Shown piece by piece: positions 1 through 12,335 of a stretch of DNA of 64,000 nt (positions are counted from its first letter, which is position 1; each line of letters begins with the position of its first letter). The position numbers and the translations under genes were made by a program. Below the pieces are notes generated by a model. It was not told the DNA's origin, did not search any database, and was given only the letters and a program-made list of their open reading frames with translations. The DNA comes from the human T2T-CHM13v2.0 reference genome, Homo sapiens, in the NCBI RefSeq assembly GCF_009914755.1, contig NC_060942.1; one strand, written 5' to 3'.

Positions 1-182
1 TTTTCCATTATCTTCAAGAGGTGGAAAAATTGCAGTAAATCGTACCACTCAAGTAGTATGAACAATTTTAGAGAGGTCGACTTTTACTAACACAATTTTA
101 ACTAAATAATGAATCCTCAAACACCAAATTACACTGACATTGTCATTTTAGGCTTGATTATCCTAACCTGCTCCACCCGTGT

Positions 183-776
183 TGTTGACAGCTGTTGTGA
201 AGACTTGGTTATTGTCTTCTTAGTTTAAATAATTTAAACACGAAATACAAAGCAAAGGAGATGCAGCATGGAGCAATTCATTGCGAAGGAGAAAGAATAC
301 TCTGAAGGTTAGATGTAGAAGAGACAGCACACTCTGTGAGGCAATTCAGAGTGGGCTGCTCATGAAGACAGGCAACAAAGACTCACACTAGGGAGACTCT
401 TTTATAGGAGTCTTACATGATTATTCCCAAGCGGATGGGAAGAGGTGTTGCCAGTAGGCATGTTCTGGGTGGTCCTCTGGGTGCACATGCAGAGTCATTG
501 TACATGTTAGTTCACACATTTCATGTCTCATTAGCATCTTAAATCTCTACCCAGGGGTGTGTTTTTTACTATTATAATGAGTAAAGGGTCAGTCTGAGGA
601 CAGGTACAATCAAAATGTGCATGCTCTTTAAAGGGGAAATTCCCTACTGGAGATAGCTTTGCTTGAATGAACTTGACTACAATGCAAATGCTGGGGCTTA
701 TTGTGTTAAAGGTGAGGTCTCAAGTTTGCAGGCTCCAGAGGACACGGTTACTTCTTTGACAACCCATCCTGCCTCA
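183..776 (-). mobile_element. Solo ERV LTR, LTR47-like
   Basis: Minus strand begins TGAGGCAGGATGGGTTGTCAAAGAAGTAACC and ends ...GCTGTCAACA (TG...CA). It resembles the recalled LTR47 consensus (GAGGACCACCCAGAACATGC, GGGTAGAGATTTAAGATGCTAATGAGACATG). Confidence 0.6.
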
Positions 777-1092
777 ATGTGAACTGAACCTTAAGTAATT
801 CTGAACTGAATTTTACCTAATTATATGGAATTAAACTTGCCTGGATGACCTTGACTGTGATATCTTAAACAAGAATGTATTCTCTGCCTGAAAATCTTGT
901 TCTATTAGATGCTATGATGGTACCTAAGTGCTCACTCTTACCATGCACTTTATTCAGTAGATGTGACACTTCGTCAGAGATGAGATGAATTTCCTAATAA
1001 GGCCCAACATATGAGTGAAATTTGAGGAATTACAAGAAAGCCTATTGTCTCTGACATCCAATTGCATATACGATTTCCATCTGATTACCTAC

Positions 1093-1489
1093 TGATATGG
1101 TTTGGCTCTGTGTCCCCACCCAAATCTCATCTCTAATTGTAATCCCCACATGTCGGGGAGGGACCAGGTGAGAGGGGATTGGATCAAGGGGGCAGGGGCA
1201 GGGGGCAATTTCCCCCATGTTGTTTTCATGATAGTCAGGGAGTTCTCATGAGAGCTGATGGTTTGAGAGTATGGTACCTCCTGGTTATTGCACACATTCC
1301 CTCCTGCTGCCTTGTGAAGAAAGTGCTTGCTCCCTTTTCACCTTCTTCCATGATTATAAGTTTCCTGAAGCCTCCTGGCCATGCTTCCCTTTAAGCCTGC
1401 AGAACTCTGAGTCAATGAAACCTCTTTCCTTTGTAATTACACTGTCTCAGGTAGTATTCTTTTTAGCAGTGTGAGAACAAACTAATACA
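1093..1489 (+). mobile_element. MaLR solo LTR (THE1D/MSTA-like)
   Basis: TGATATGGTTTGGCTCTGTGTCCCCACCCAAATCTCATC...ACTAATACA, with a 5-bp TSD CCTAC/CCTAT. Confidence 0.9.
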
Positions 1490-1673
1490 CCTATGTTTAG
1501 TTTTGGGTTTGATTTCTTGCTACAATGAAAATGCATTTTTGAAAATGTGAGTTTTCTTAGAAAATTTTCTTTGGAAAATTAAAGTGGAAAACATTTTAAT
1601 TTGTTATAAATCACTTGGAAATTATTAAAGACCATTGAATAAGTTTTGTTAGGAAATATGGCTGAAATATCAT

Positions 1674-2037
1674 TGCTATGGTTTGAATGTATCCCTCTAA
1701 AATTCATGTTGAAATTTAATCTCCATTGTGGTAGTAGTAATACATGGGGCCTCTTGGGAAGTGATTAAATCATGAGTGTTCCACCCTCACAAATAGATTA
1801 GTCCCTCACGAAAGGGATAGAGAGGATTAGCTTAAACCCTTTTTCCCTTCTTCCTTTGGCCATGTGAGGACAGCCACAAGAAACCATCTTGGAGGCAGAG
1901 AGCAGTCCTTGAGAGATAGCAAATCTGCCCTGATCCTGAACTCCTGAGCCTCCAGAACAATGAGAAATACATTTCTGCTTTTTAAAGATCACCAAGCTTT
2001 AGGTATTTTGTTATAGTAACACAAATGGATGAAGACA
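1674..2037 (+). mobile_element. MaLR solo LTR (MSTC/MSTD-like)
   Basis: TGCTATGGTTTGAATGT...GGATGAAGACA, with a perfect TSD ATCAT on both sides. Confidence 0.85.
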
Positions 2038-2194
2038 ATCATGAAAGTTAGATGAATAATATTAGAATAATAAAGGATACACTTTTTAAGGAAAAAATAA
2101 TGAAGATAAATTTTGGCATTTTTACTGGGGTGTAGACCAGACTTATTTGGCCTTAAAATGATTTTGTGGCTCAAAGCTTATAGTAAGGGTTGAC

Positions 2195-2430
2195 CTTTAC
2201 ATTAAGATAGACCTAGATCCAAATTCTACTACAACCTATTTTAGTAACATTTTGACCTATAGCAAATTTATAGCTTATTTAATACTGAATTCTCTAAACT
2301 AGGAAATGGAGATAAATACTATTAATATTTATATTTAGACCAATTATTACATGAGCTAACCAAAATAAAACACTTGGCTCATGACTTGACACTAGATAAT
2401 TGTTGAATAAATATTAGTGAGAATTTTCAT
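2195..2430 (+). mobile_element. MIR SINE relic
   Basis: Degenerate MIR core (GACCTAGATCCAAATTCT...AAATGGAGATAA...AAAACACTTGGC...AATAAATATTAG). Confidence 0.5.
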
Positions 2431-3356
2431 AAACATTATTTTCTTTTATTTTTTACATCTTCATCATTATTATGGCTAGAAAAAGGCATTTGTTTGAAAT
2501 GTTATTGTAAATATACCCTAGTCCAGGCTTTATAGTATTAGGGTAGAATATGGAATTAGACTTACAGTATTACTGAATTGTGAGCTTTATCAAATTAGGA
2601 TAAAAGAAAGATTGTTCTAATAATGTGGCCCAGTAAAACACATATAGAATATTAGATATTTAGCAAGTTTTGTTTATCACAAGTATAAATATATAATAAA
2701 AAAGCCATTTTATATAGTACTGTGCAATGTATTGCCATAAAACAATAAATATGGCTTTCCTATTTATTTAGAACCCAATAACTTAATTGTTTTGAAGGAA
2801 AAAGACTTCCCACACAAAAGTAATGAACATGTTTTGGTGATTTTTATAACCTTAGGATCATATTTTAACAAAACTATATAGGCTCTTTTCAAAAACAAAC
2901 CAATTTTACACTAAAAGTATTCTTTGAAATAATTTAGTTTCTGAAATATTTTCATTTATGTGCTCTTATTTTAATATTAACTTGATTTGTAAAATTCATC
3001 TCAACTCAACAAACATGGAGACAGATTTATAAACATTTATGAATATTATATATTAGTAATGTAGCTTCCTTTAAAAGTAATATGCATAGTAGTTGAAATT
3101 ACATTGTTATACAAGCAAGTACTATAGGTAGACTAAGGAATTCTGAGAAAAGTGAAAAAAGTATAGGTATGAACACAGAAACAAATGTTTATTAAAGAAG
3201 TATACTAAACTGTGAGTGTTTACCAAATTAACATAAGGAAGTTATGCATGTAGGAAATTATGCAAGTATGATAATGTCAAACTAGTTATTTGTTAGCAAA
3301 TTATGGAGCAATTTATTGAAAGTAAATTATTATTTACTATTGAAAGTAAATTAGCA

Positions 3357-3740
<384 letters not shown>

Positions 3741-5389
3741 TTAGTTTTAAATGTTGTAAAGATCAAATGCGGAACAGTTATAAAGAGGAAGCCCAAGGTC
3801 ATGAAAGCCTGTTGGGAGAGTGTCTCAGTGTGGCCTGCTGAGGTCAGAAACACTGACCAGCGTGGACCACGCAGCAGCCCTGGGCTTGTTTTCAGGCCTA
3901 CCTGCTGCCTATGTTTTTTAAGCTTTTGGCAAATTATCCTGATTCTATTTCAGAATATACCCATCGTTCATCCTGTCTGTTTTTTAACCCTTCTGACCTC
4001 CATATTTTCTTGAGTTCACCTGATTCATATCCTTATTACTAAACCCAGAGGCCTGAGGTTCTTCATTATTTTAACATATATTAAAGATTAAATTACCTCA
4101 TCAATATATTTCATAAAAAGTAATTTTTAATATGTCTTAGACTTTAACAGCACCTCTACTTTTAAAACAGAAATACATTGGTGGTATTCACAATTATCTA
4201 TAAAGATTTGCCCTTTTTGAGAATAATGATTTCATCTTCCCTAATGATATGCCAACATTCAGGTCATTCTAACTTATTTTGTGACATGAATCTTCTAGAT
4301 TCAAATAAACTCCATCCTACACAAAATTCAATATAGTAACATGATTTCTCTCTGGGTGATAGGTTTCTCAGTAAAGAAAACTTTGAAACATCTTTCAAAC
4401 AATTTTCATTATTTTGTGTGACCCTGCAATTATGAATGCCCATGACAAATGAGAAAGAGCAAACAGCCTAAGCTGGCCAAACTTTAAATGTGAACTTATA
4501 TAATTCGTCAGATTGTATTTTGTTTCATCTTATTTAAAACATTTTCAAGTTTGCCAACTCATAATTTGAGGATTGTTAATGTGCTGAACAAAAGTAAGAC
4601 TCCCCTGGGGGCTAAGCTATGAGTAGCTAGTCTAATGGGACATACTTCTTGTGCCTTTCAAATACAGCTGAAGTCAACTTTGGCCCTAGTGATATCTTTT
4701 CGATTTAATATCCATTATAAATTATTCTGGTCTTCCCAGCATTCAGTTCTTACTATGTAATTCCACTGCCTTTTGAAAAAGTCACTGGAAGAAAAACAGT
4801 TGAATATGATATAAAACTATATGTTATAAATCTAACTTGAATGTTAACTTGCTATTGAGTTGGATTAGCTTATGTAATTAGGCTACTTTTTCTATTCTCA
4901 GGATATACTAAAAATTCAAAAATTATCATACTTAGAAAATATAGGTTGACTTTCATTCTGATAATAGTACAACTTTCTGCAAATTTGTATTTCATGTTCT
5001 TTAAAATAATTATTTAAATCTTCTGGTGTATATTAGTATAATGAAAATAATGTTTTATACATAAATATAATTTTTGTTGTTTCGATGCATTTTTACTTTA
5101 TTTTCTGATTTTTATTAAACATAATTAGTAATATACTGCTGTTACTTTGAGTTATAGTTCTATTAAAGGAAGGCTGTCCATAGGCAAAAAAGAAATTATA
5201 AAACTTCATGGGATTTTTCCCCCAGATTATTTGCTTTTTTGTTGTTATTAAATAACCCTTCATCATTTTTCATTTTTTTTTCTCTCTCCATTTTTGCTGG
5301 ATACTTTGGATGATCTCTTCCAGTACAATGAAGTTAAATGTAATATTTAAGCTTACAACCTCTCACTTTGAACCTTCACCCTGACTTGT

Positions 5390-5640
5390 ATCTCAAACCT
5401 GATAACTTGATATAATCATAGAATGTCTAATAGATATTTGAGATTTCTGTTTGAAACAGAAATGCTTCAAACAGATTTCTGTTTGAAATCAAGCTCTCGA
5501 TTCCTTCTCACAAACTGTTTTTTATGATGTTGTTTGTCATACACAAGTGGTAAATGGTACCACATTCACCTGTTTTCTAAGAGTACAATATTAAAGTCAT
5601 CCTCAATAACATCACTGTTATATTCCATATTCACATCTTC
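5390..5640 (+). mobile_element. L2 fragment
   Basis: Similar to the L2 3' region (ATGTCTAATAGA...GTAAATGGTACCACATTCACCTGTT...AAGTCATCCTCAA). Confidence 0.5.
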
Positions 5641-5688
5641 ATAAAATATTACTATATTTAATGTGCCATTTAAATCTCATCAAAATCT

Positions 5689-8600
5689 TCCTATTATTTT
5701 TGTTTTATAATTTTATTTTTAAAAAATTTTGGTGGTTACATAGTTGGTATGTATATTTACGGAGTATATGAGATATTTTGATACAGGCGTACAATGGGTA
5801 ATAATCACATCAGGGTAAATGCAGTTTCTGTCATTTCAAGCATTTATGTATTTTTTGTGTTACAAAAAATCCCATTATACTCTTTCAGTTATTTAAAATA
5901 TACAATAAATTATTGTTGGCTTAATCACCCTGTCGTGATATAGATCTTATTCATTCTATCTATTCTTGGACCTACTAACCAGCCCCATTTCCTCCAACAC
6001 CCACTATACTTCCCACCCTCTGGTAACTATCATTCTCCTCCCTATGTCCAGGAGTTCAATTTTAATATTATTTTAGCTCCCACAAATAAGTGAGAGCATG
6101 TGGAACTTGTCTTTCTGTGCCTGGCTTATTTCACTTAACATAATGACCTCCAGTTCCACCCATATTGTTGCAAATGACGGGATCTCAGGTTTTTTTTTAT
6201 GACTGAATAATATTCCATTGTGTATATTTACCATATTTTCTTTATTCATTCATCTATTGATGGACACTTAGGTTACTTCCAAATCTTGGCTATTGTGAAT
6301 GGTGCTGCAAGAAACATGGGAGTGTGGATATCTCTTTGACATACTGATTTTCTTTTGAGTATATGCCTAAGAGTGGGATTCCTGGATCTTATGGCAGTTT
6401 TATTTTTAGTTTTTTGAGAAATCTCCAAACTGTCCTCCATAGTGGTTATACTAATTTACATTCCCACCAAAAATGTATGAGGGTTCCCTTTTCCCTACTT
6501 CCTCACCTGTCTTTTGTATACAAGTCATTTTAACTAGGGTGAGATGATATCTTATTAAATTTTTGATTTGCATTCTCTAATCATCAGTGATGTTGAACAC
6601 TTTTTATTTACTTGTTTGCAATTTTTATGCCTTCTTTTCAGAAATGTCTATTCAGCTCTTTTGCTCATTTTTTAATCGAATTATTAGTTTTTTTTTCCTA
6701 TTGACTCATCTGAGCTCCTTATATATAATGGTTACAAATCTTTTGTCAGGTAAATAGCTTGCAAATACTGTCTCTTAACCTCATTATGTAGGTTGTCTGT
6801 TCACTTTTTTGATTATTTCTTTTGCTGTGCAGAAGATTTTTTAACTTGATGTGATCCCATTTGTCCATTTTTGCTTTGGTTGCTTGTGTTTGTGAGGTAT
6901 TACTTAGGAAATCTTTGACCAGCCCAAAGTCCTGAAAAGTTTCTCCAATTTTTGCTTTCAGTACTTTCATAGTTTGAAGTCCTTGATTTAAATTTTCAAT
7001 TCATTTTTATTTAATTTTTGTATATGGGTCCTTTATCATTGATCTTTGGGAGTTTGATTATTTTAAGTGTTTTGAGGTAGTCTTATTTGGGTTAAATTTG
7101 CTGGTGCTCTATAACTTTCTTGCACTTGAATATTGATATCTTTCTCTGGGTTTGGAATGGTCTCTGATATTATCCCTTTGAATAAACTTTCTGCCTTGAG
7201 ATCGCTCTCTACCTCCTCTCTAAGGCCAATAACTCTTGGATTTGCCCTTTTGAGGATATTGTCAGGATCCTGTAGGCATGATTTATTGTTTTTTATTATT
7301 TTTTATTTTGTCTCCTCTGACTGTGTATTTTCAAATAGCCTGTCTTCAACCCCTCTAATTCTTTCTTCTGTTTAATCAATTCTGATAAGAGGTCTGACAC
7401 CTTATTTATATGTTTATTTCATTGTTCAGCTCCAGAATTTCTCCCTAATTTTTAAAAATTATTTTTATCTCTTTGTTAAATTTATCTTATAGGATTCTGA
7501 ATTCCTTCTCTGTATTTTCTTGGATTACACTGAGATTTCTCAAAATAGCTATTTTGAATTCTCTGTCTGAAAGATCATGTATCTCTGTCTCTCCAGGATT
7601 TGTCCCTGGTACCTCATTTAGTTCATTTGGTGAGGTAATTTCTTTGTTTTTTATGGATTGTCTTGATGCTTGTGAATGTTTTTAAGTATCTGCACATTGA
7701 AGACTTAGGTATTTATTGTAGTCTTTGCAGTCCGGGCTTGTTTGTACTCATCCTTCTTGGGAAGGCCTTCTAGGTACTGGAAAACTTGAGTGTTGTGATC
7801 TAAGTCTTGATCACTGAAGCTTTATTTGCTTTATGAGACACTCGAAGCTCAGTAATGCTGTGGTCCTTGTAGACTCGTAGATGTGCTATCTTGGCGGTCT
7901 TGTGTAAGATCTGGAAGAATTCCCTAGATTACCAGGCAGGGTCTCATATTCTCTTCCCTTACTTTCCCCCAAAGAAATGGAGTCTCTCTATCTCTTCTGA
8001 GCTACTTAAAGCTGGGGTGACACAAGGATTCCCGTGATCAGCACCACTGGGACTGTGCTAGGTAAGATCAGGAGCCAGTGCAGCACTGGGTCTTGCCCGG
8101 GGCCTGTAGTGATCACTGCCTGATCACCACCTATGTTCACTCAAGGTCCATGGCTCTACAATCAGCAGGTGGTAAATCCAGCCAGGCTTTTTTCCTTCCA
8201 TTCGGTGTAGTGAGCTTGCCCCAGCCCAGGGTGGGTCTGGGGATGCCAACTGCGAACGACTGGCTGGAGTCAGGAAACTTAAGAATCTACCTGTTATTCT
8301 ATTCTACTGTACCTGGGCTGGCACCCAAGTCACATGACAAAGTACTTCTTACTCTTTCCTTCCCCTTCCCCAAGCAGAGGAGTCTTTCTGTGGCTGCCGC
8401 CTCCCCTGGCCTACAGCTAGTACAGGCCCAAGGGCTCTTCAGTCAGCTTTAGTAAAAGTTGCCAGGCCTGAGTCTCTCCTTTCAGGGCCATGGGCTCCCT
8501 TCTGGCCCAGGGCAGGTCCATAAATGTCACAGAGGAATCAAGGCCTGGAATCAGGGATCCCAGGAGCCCCCACCTTGTTCTCTATCAGCTCTCTGTGGCT

Positions 8601-9758
8601 CAGCTAGTATCCAAGCTGCAAGACAAAGTCTCCTTAACTCTTTCCTTTCCTCAAGCAGAAGGGGTCTCTCCCATAGCCACCACAGCTGAAAATGTACTTA
8701 GTCACACCTGGAGCCAGCACAGCTCTGAGTCTCACCCAAGGCCCATGGTGAGTTCTGCCTGGCTACCACTGCTGATTATTCAGGGCCCACAGGATCTTTT
8801 GTCAACAGGTGATTAATTCTGCCAGGACTTAGTCCTTCCCTTCAAGGCAATGGGTTCCCTTCTGGCCCAAAGTGTGTCTAGAAATGTCTTCAGGAAGCTA
8901 GGGCCTAGAATGGGTGCCTCAGGACTCTGCTTGGTGGCCTTTTCTACTGTGGCTGAGCTGATATCCAAGTTGCAAAAGAAAGTACTCTTTACTGTCCTTT
9001 TACCTCTTCTCAATCAGAGGAAAGGAAACTCTCCCAGAGCTGTGAGCTGTGTTGCTGCTGCCTGGGGTTAGGGGTGAGGTGATCCAAGCACTCCATTGCC
9101 TGCACCTGCTGGTGTCTCACTGGATCCCGGGCAACTCAAGTCCACCAGCTCCTGGCTCCAATCCAAAAGAGTAACAAGACTTGCCCAGGAATTGTGGTCT
9201 ATACTGGTCTATACTGTCTATACTATCTTTACTGTCTTTCAAGTTATGGTCTATATGGTTGTGGTCTATACTGTCTTTCAAGTTATTTTGGGCTCCGGAA
9301 CACTTTAGCCCACAGTGGCAGGGCTTGCTGGAACTCAGGTTCTAACTGTTGAGACAGATGATTTGTCTGGCTAGTTCTGGTCCAAATGCTCCCTCCATGG
9401 GTACTGGCTGAGTTCCGCCCCAGGTTGCTTTCTGCTATGATAGAGAAGCACTAAGTTCCAATGCAAAGTCCCACAGTCACTGAGCTCTTCCCTTCTCAAG
9501 TGCACAGATTTTCTCTCTATGCCATGCGACCACTGCCAGGGCATGGTGGAAGGGTGGCACAGGCGATTGAAGACCTATCTTTCCTACCCTCTTCTGTGCT
9601 TCTTTCCTTAATATGATGATAAAACCAGGTACTGTGATCACTCACCTGATTTTCAGTTCTTATGAAGGTGCTTTTTAGTGAGGATAGTTCAATTTGATTC
9701 TCCTTTAGAAGAATGTTTGTTAGAGGCTTCTGTTTAGCCATCTTGCTCTACCTGGAAT
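5689..9758 (-). mobile_element. L1MA-type LINE with 5'UTR, ORF1 start, ORF2 C-terminus and 3'UTR; large internal deletion
   Basis: L1MA 3'UTR and ORF2 end at 5700-7028 (ORF 6746..6970, KAKMDKWDHIKLK). ORF1/5'UTR at 7029-9758, ending near AAGATGGC on the minus strand. Candidate TSD TCTCATCAAAATCT (5675-5688) / TCTTATCAAAATCT (9759-9772). Confidence 0.85.
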
Positions 9759-10175
9759 TCTTATCAAAATCTGATAAAAGTATTGCACACAGAACTGTAC
9801 AAGACAGGCTACATTTGTAAGCCAGGAGACATCTCACTATAAGTTGATATAACCTGTAATTTATGATTATTTTAAACCACTAAAAGCATACGTCAACAGG
9901 TTAGAAGCTTAGCCACAACAAAATTTGTAAAATATTTTATTAAATACTTTAGTGAAAGTAAAATATAAAGATATTCTAGTCTTTCTGAGCTACATAAACC
10001 TCTATATAATGCCAATTAGTCATATTTTAAACGTTTTTGTGTTGATTTTACTTATCAGTAACAAATGCTATGTGAATTATATAGCATGCATTATAAAAGT
10101 TTTTATTCTACATTTTTAGGTGTAATTTTCTTATGATTTTTCCAAAAATTAGTCACAATTCACTTTTAAGACCAC

Positions 10176-10549
10176 TGTATTTGAACGTTCTTGCATTGCT
10201 ATAAAGAAACACCTGAGACTGGGTAATTCATAAGAAAAGGTTTAATTGGCTCCTGGTCTTGCAGGCTGTACAGGAATTTTCTTCTGGGGAGGTGTCAGAA
10301 GGCTTACAATCATGGCAGAAGGCAAAGAGATCAGGTGTCTCACATGGCAGGAGTAGCAAGAAGGCCAGGGAAGTGCCCACACTTTTAAACAACCAGATCT
10401 TGTGAACTCACTCACTACTGCCAGGGCAACACCAAGCCTTGAGGGATTCTGCCACCATGATCCAAACACCTCCCACCAGGCCACACTTGCAACCCTGGGG
10501 ATTACAACTCAACGTGAGATTTGACAGGGACATATATTCAACTGTATTA
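10176..10549 (-). mobile_element. MSTA solo LTR
   Basis: Reverse MSTA motifs GCATTGCTATAAAGAAACACCTGAGACTGGGTAATT and ATGATCCAAACACCTCCCACCAGGCC. Confidence 0.9.
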
Positions 10550-10792
10550 GCCATTTATTTATGGATTGTGGAAATTATATGTTCCATCTTTGAAATCCAA
10601 GTTCATGGCCACCACTCAAACATGTAATCTGTTTTTTCCTTATTCTTCACTCATAAGCAATTATTACACATTAATAACTATAAGCCCTATCTACATACTT
10701 TGTGTGAATTCCTGGTATTACAATGTCACCCTCATTTAAAAAGTGGAAAGATAAAGAGGAAGCAATCTATTTTTTTCCTTTTTTTCTGATAG

Positions 10793-10953
10793 CACTTGTT
10801 TGTGAAGCTCTTACAGATGTTCTTAAGTAAAATCAACTCCTCCATTTTTTTTGTAGCAACTACACATATTTATCAATAATAGTTCACAAATACATTTTCA
10901 AATATTATTTGACTTAAGTGTCTCTGTCCACTAAATTACAACCATTCTTAGAG
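10793..10953 (+). ncRNA. LINC01194: Candidate 3' exon of TAG/CT49 (LINC01194)
   Basis: Strong acceptor TTTTTTTCCTTTTTTTCTGATAG|C. The exon start reads (AG)C ACT TGT TTG TGA = S-T-C-L-stop, matching the C-terminus I recall for TAG-1/TAG-2a (...FFIQPSTCL). Variant poly(A) signal AATACA at 10889 and consensus donor GAG|GTAAGT at 10953/10954. The gene identity is from memory and unverified. Confidence 0.6.
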
Positions 10954-10964
10954 GTAAGTTTGTA

Positions 10965-12335
10965 AATATACTGCCTATATTAAGGAAGAAAAATGATCTC
11001 AAATCAATAATCCAGTCTTTCATGTTAGGTCACTGGAAAAAGAAAAATTGTAATGAAGGCAAGAAGACGGAGGGAAATATATAGATTAAAGTAGAAATGA
11101 ATAACATTGATAAGTGAAAAATAAAATAGAAAAAAACAGTTAAGCCAAAATCTAGTTCTTTGAAAAGTTAAATATTGAAAACCTTTAGTTAGATTGATTG
11201 AGTAAAAAAGAGAGAAGTCTTAAATTAGTAGGTAGAAATGAGAGGGAATATTACTGCCAACCTTACAGAAATAAAAAGGATTATAAAGGAATACTATTCA
11301 CAATTATACAGCAACAAATTAGATAACTTAGATGAAAGTGAAATATATAGAAAGCAACTATTAAAACTGACTCAAGAAGAAATGGAAAATCTAAATAAAC
11401 CCATAATTACTGAAGAAATTAAAGTCATAATTCAAAAAAAAACTATTCACAAAGTCCAGGCCTATTTGTCTTCTTCACTCCTAGATTCTACTGAACATTA
11501 AAAAAGTAACAATTATCTGCAAAGTATTCCATATAATAAAAGATAGAGCTTATCAATAGGATAAAAAATACAAAAATCACATGATATTCTCAATAGGTAC
11601 AGGAACAGCATTTGATGAAAATCCTAATCCTTCTAATCCTAATTTGTTAAGTGTTTAACATAAAACACTTAACAAATTTTATGTTAAGTGTTTAACATAA
11701 AACACTTAACAAATTATGTGTTTATGTTAAACACTTAACAAATTAGGAATACGAGAAAATTACCACCACATAACAAGAGCTATATATGAAAAACCCACAA
11801 CTAACCTCACACTGTTATAAAAGGTGAAAGATTCAAAGCTTTTCCTCTGAGATCAGGAATAAAACAAGGATGCTTACTTTTGCTGATTCTATCCATATAG
11901 TACTAGAAATCCTACCCAGAGCAATTTGGCAAGAACAAGAAAATATGTTTAAGTTGCAGAGAAATTTGTTCATATAAGCTAATTTAATACTTAATGGTGA
12001 AAGACTAGATGATTTTACTCTAAGATCAGGAGCAAGAGAAGTATATGTGCCCTGGTCTCTTGTATTCAACATTGTACTGTGGACATAGAGCAATCAGGGG
12101 AAGAAATAAAAGGCATCCAGATTTAAATGGAAGAAGTTAAACTATATCTCTATTCTCAGAGAATAGAAAGTAATCCTAGGGAGTATAAAAATTTAAAGTA
12201 TTAAGATGAATAAAGTTAACAATCAAGTTCTACAAGGTTGTAGGGTATAAAATCAGTGTACAAACATCAATTGCCTTTCTATACACTTGCAATGAACAAT
12301 CTAAAAGAAATTAAGAAAGTAATGCCATTTACAAA
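10965..12335 (+). mobile_element. Old L1M ORF2 fragments
   Basis: ORF 11238..11501 (TEIKRIIKEYYSQLYSNKLDNLDE) is L1 ORF2. RT-region motifs follow (AGATCAGGAATAAAACAAGGATG). Confidence 0.9.

Noticed and set aside
1155-1206. G-quadruplex in the MaLR LTR
   Set aside because: The G-runs come from a small GGGGCA duplication, one loop is 10 nt, and there is no evidence of function.
8078-9071. ORFs of 73-124 aa on the + strand
   Set aside because: Antisense frames of the L1 5'UTR monomers with no protein similarity.
11637-11748. Possible CRISPR-like repeat array
   Set aside because: Only two direct copies with no unique spacers, derived from an L1 motif, in a eukaryotic context.
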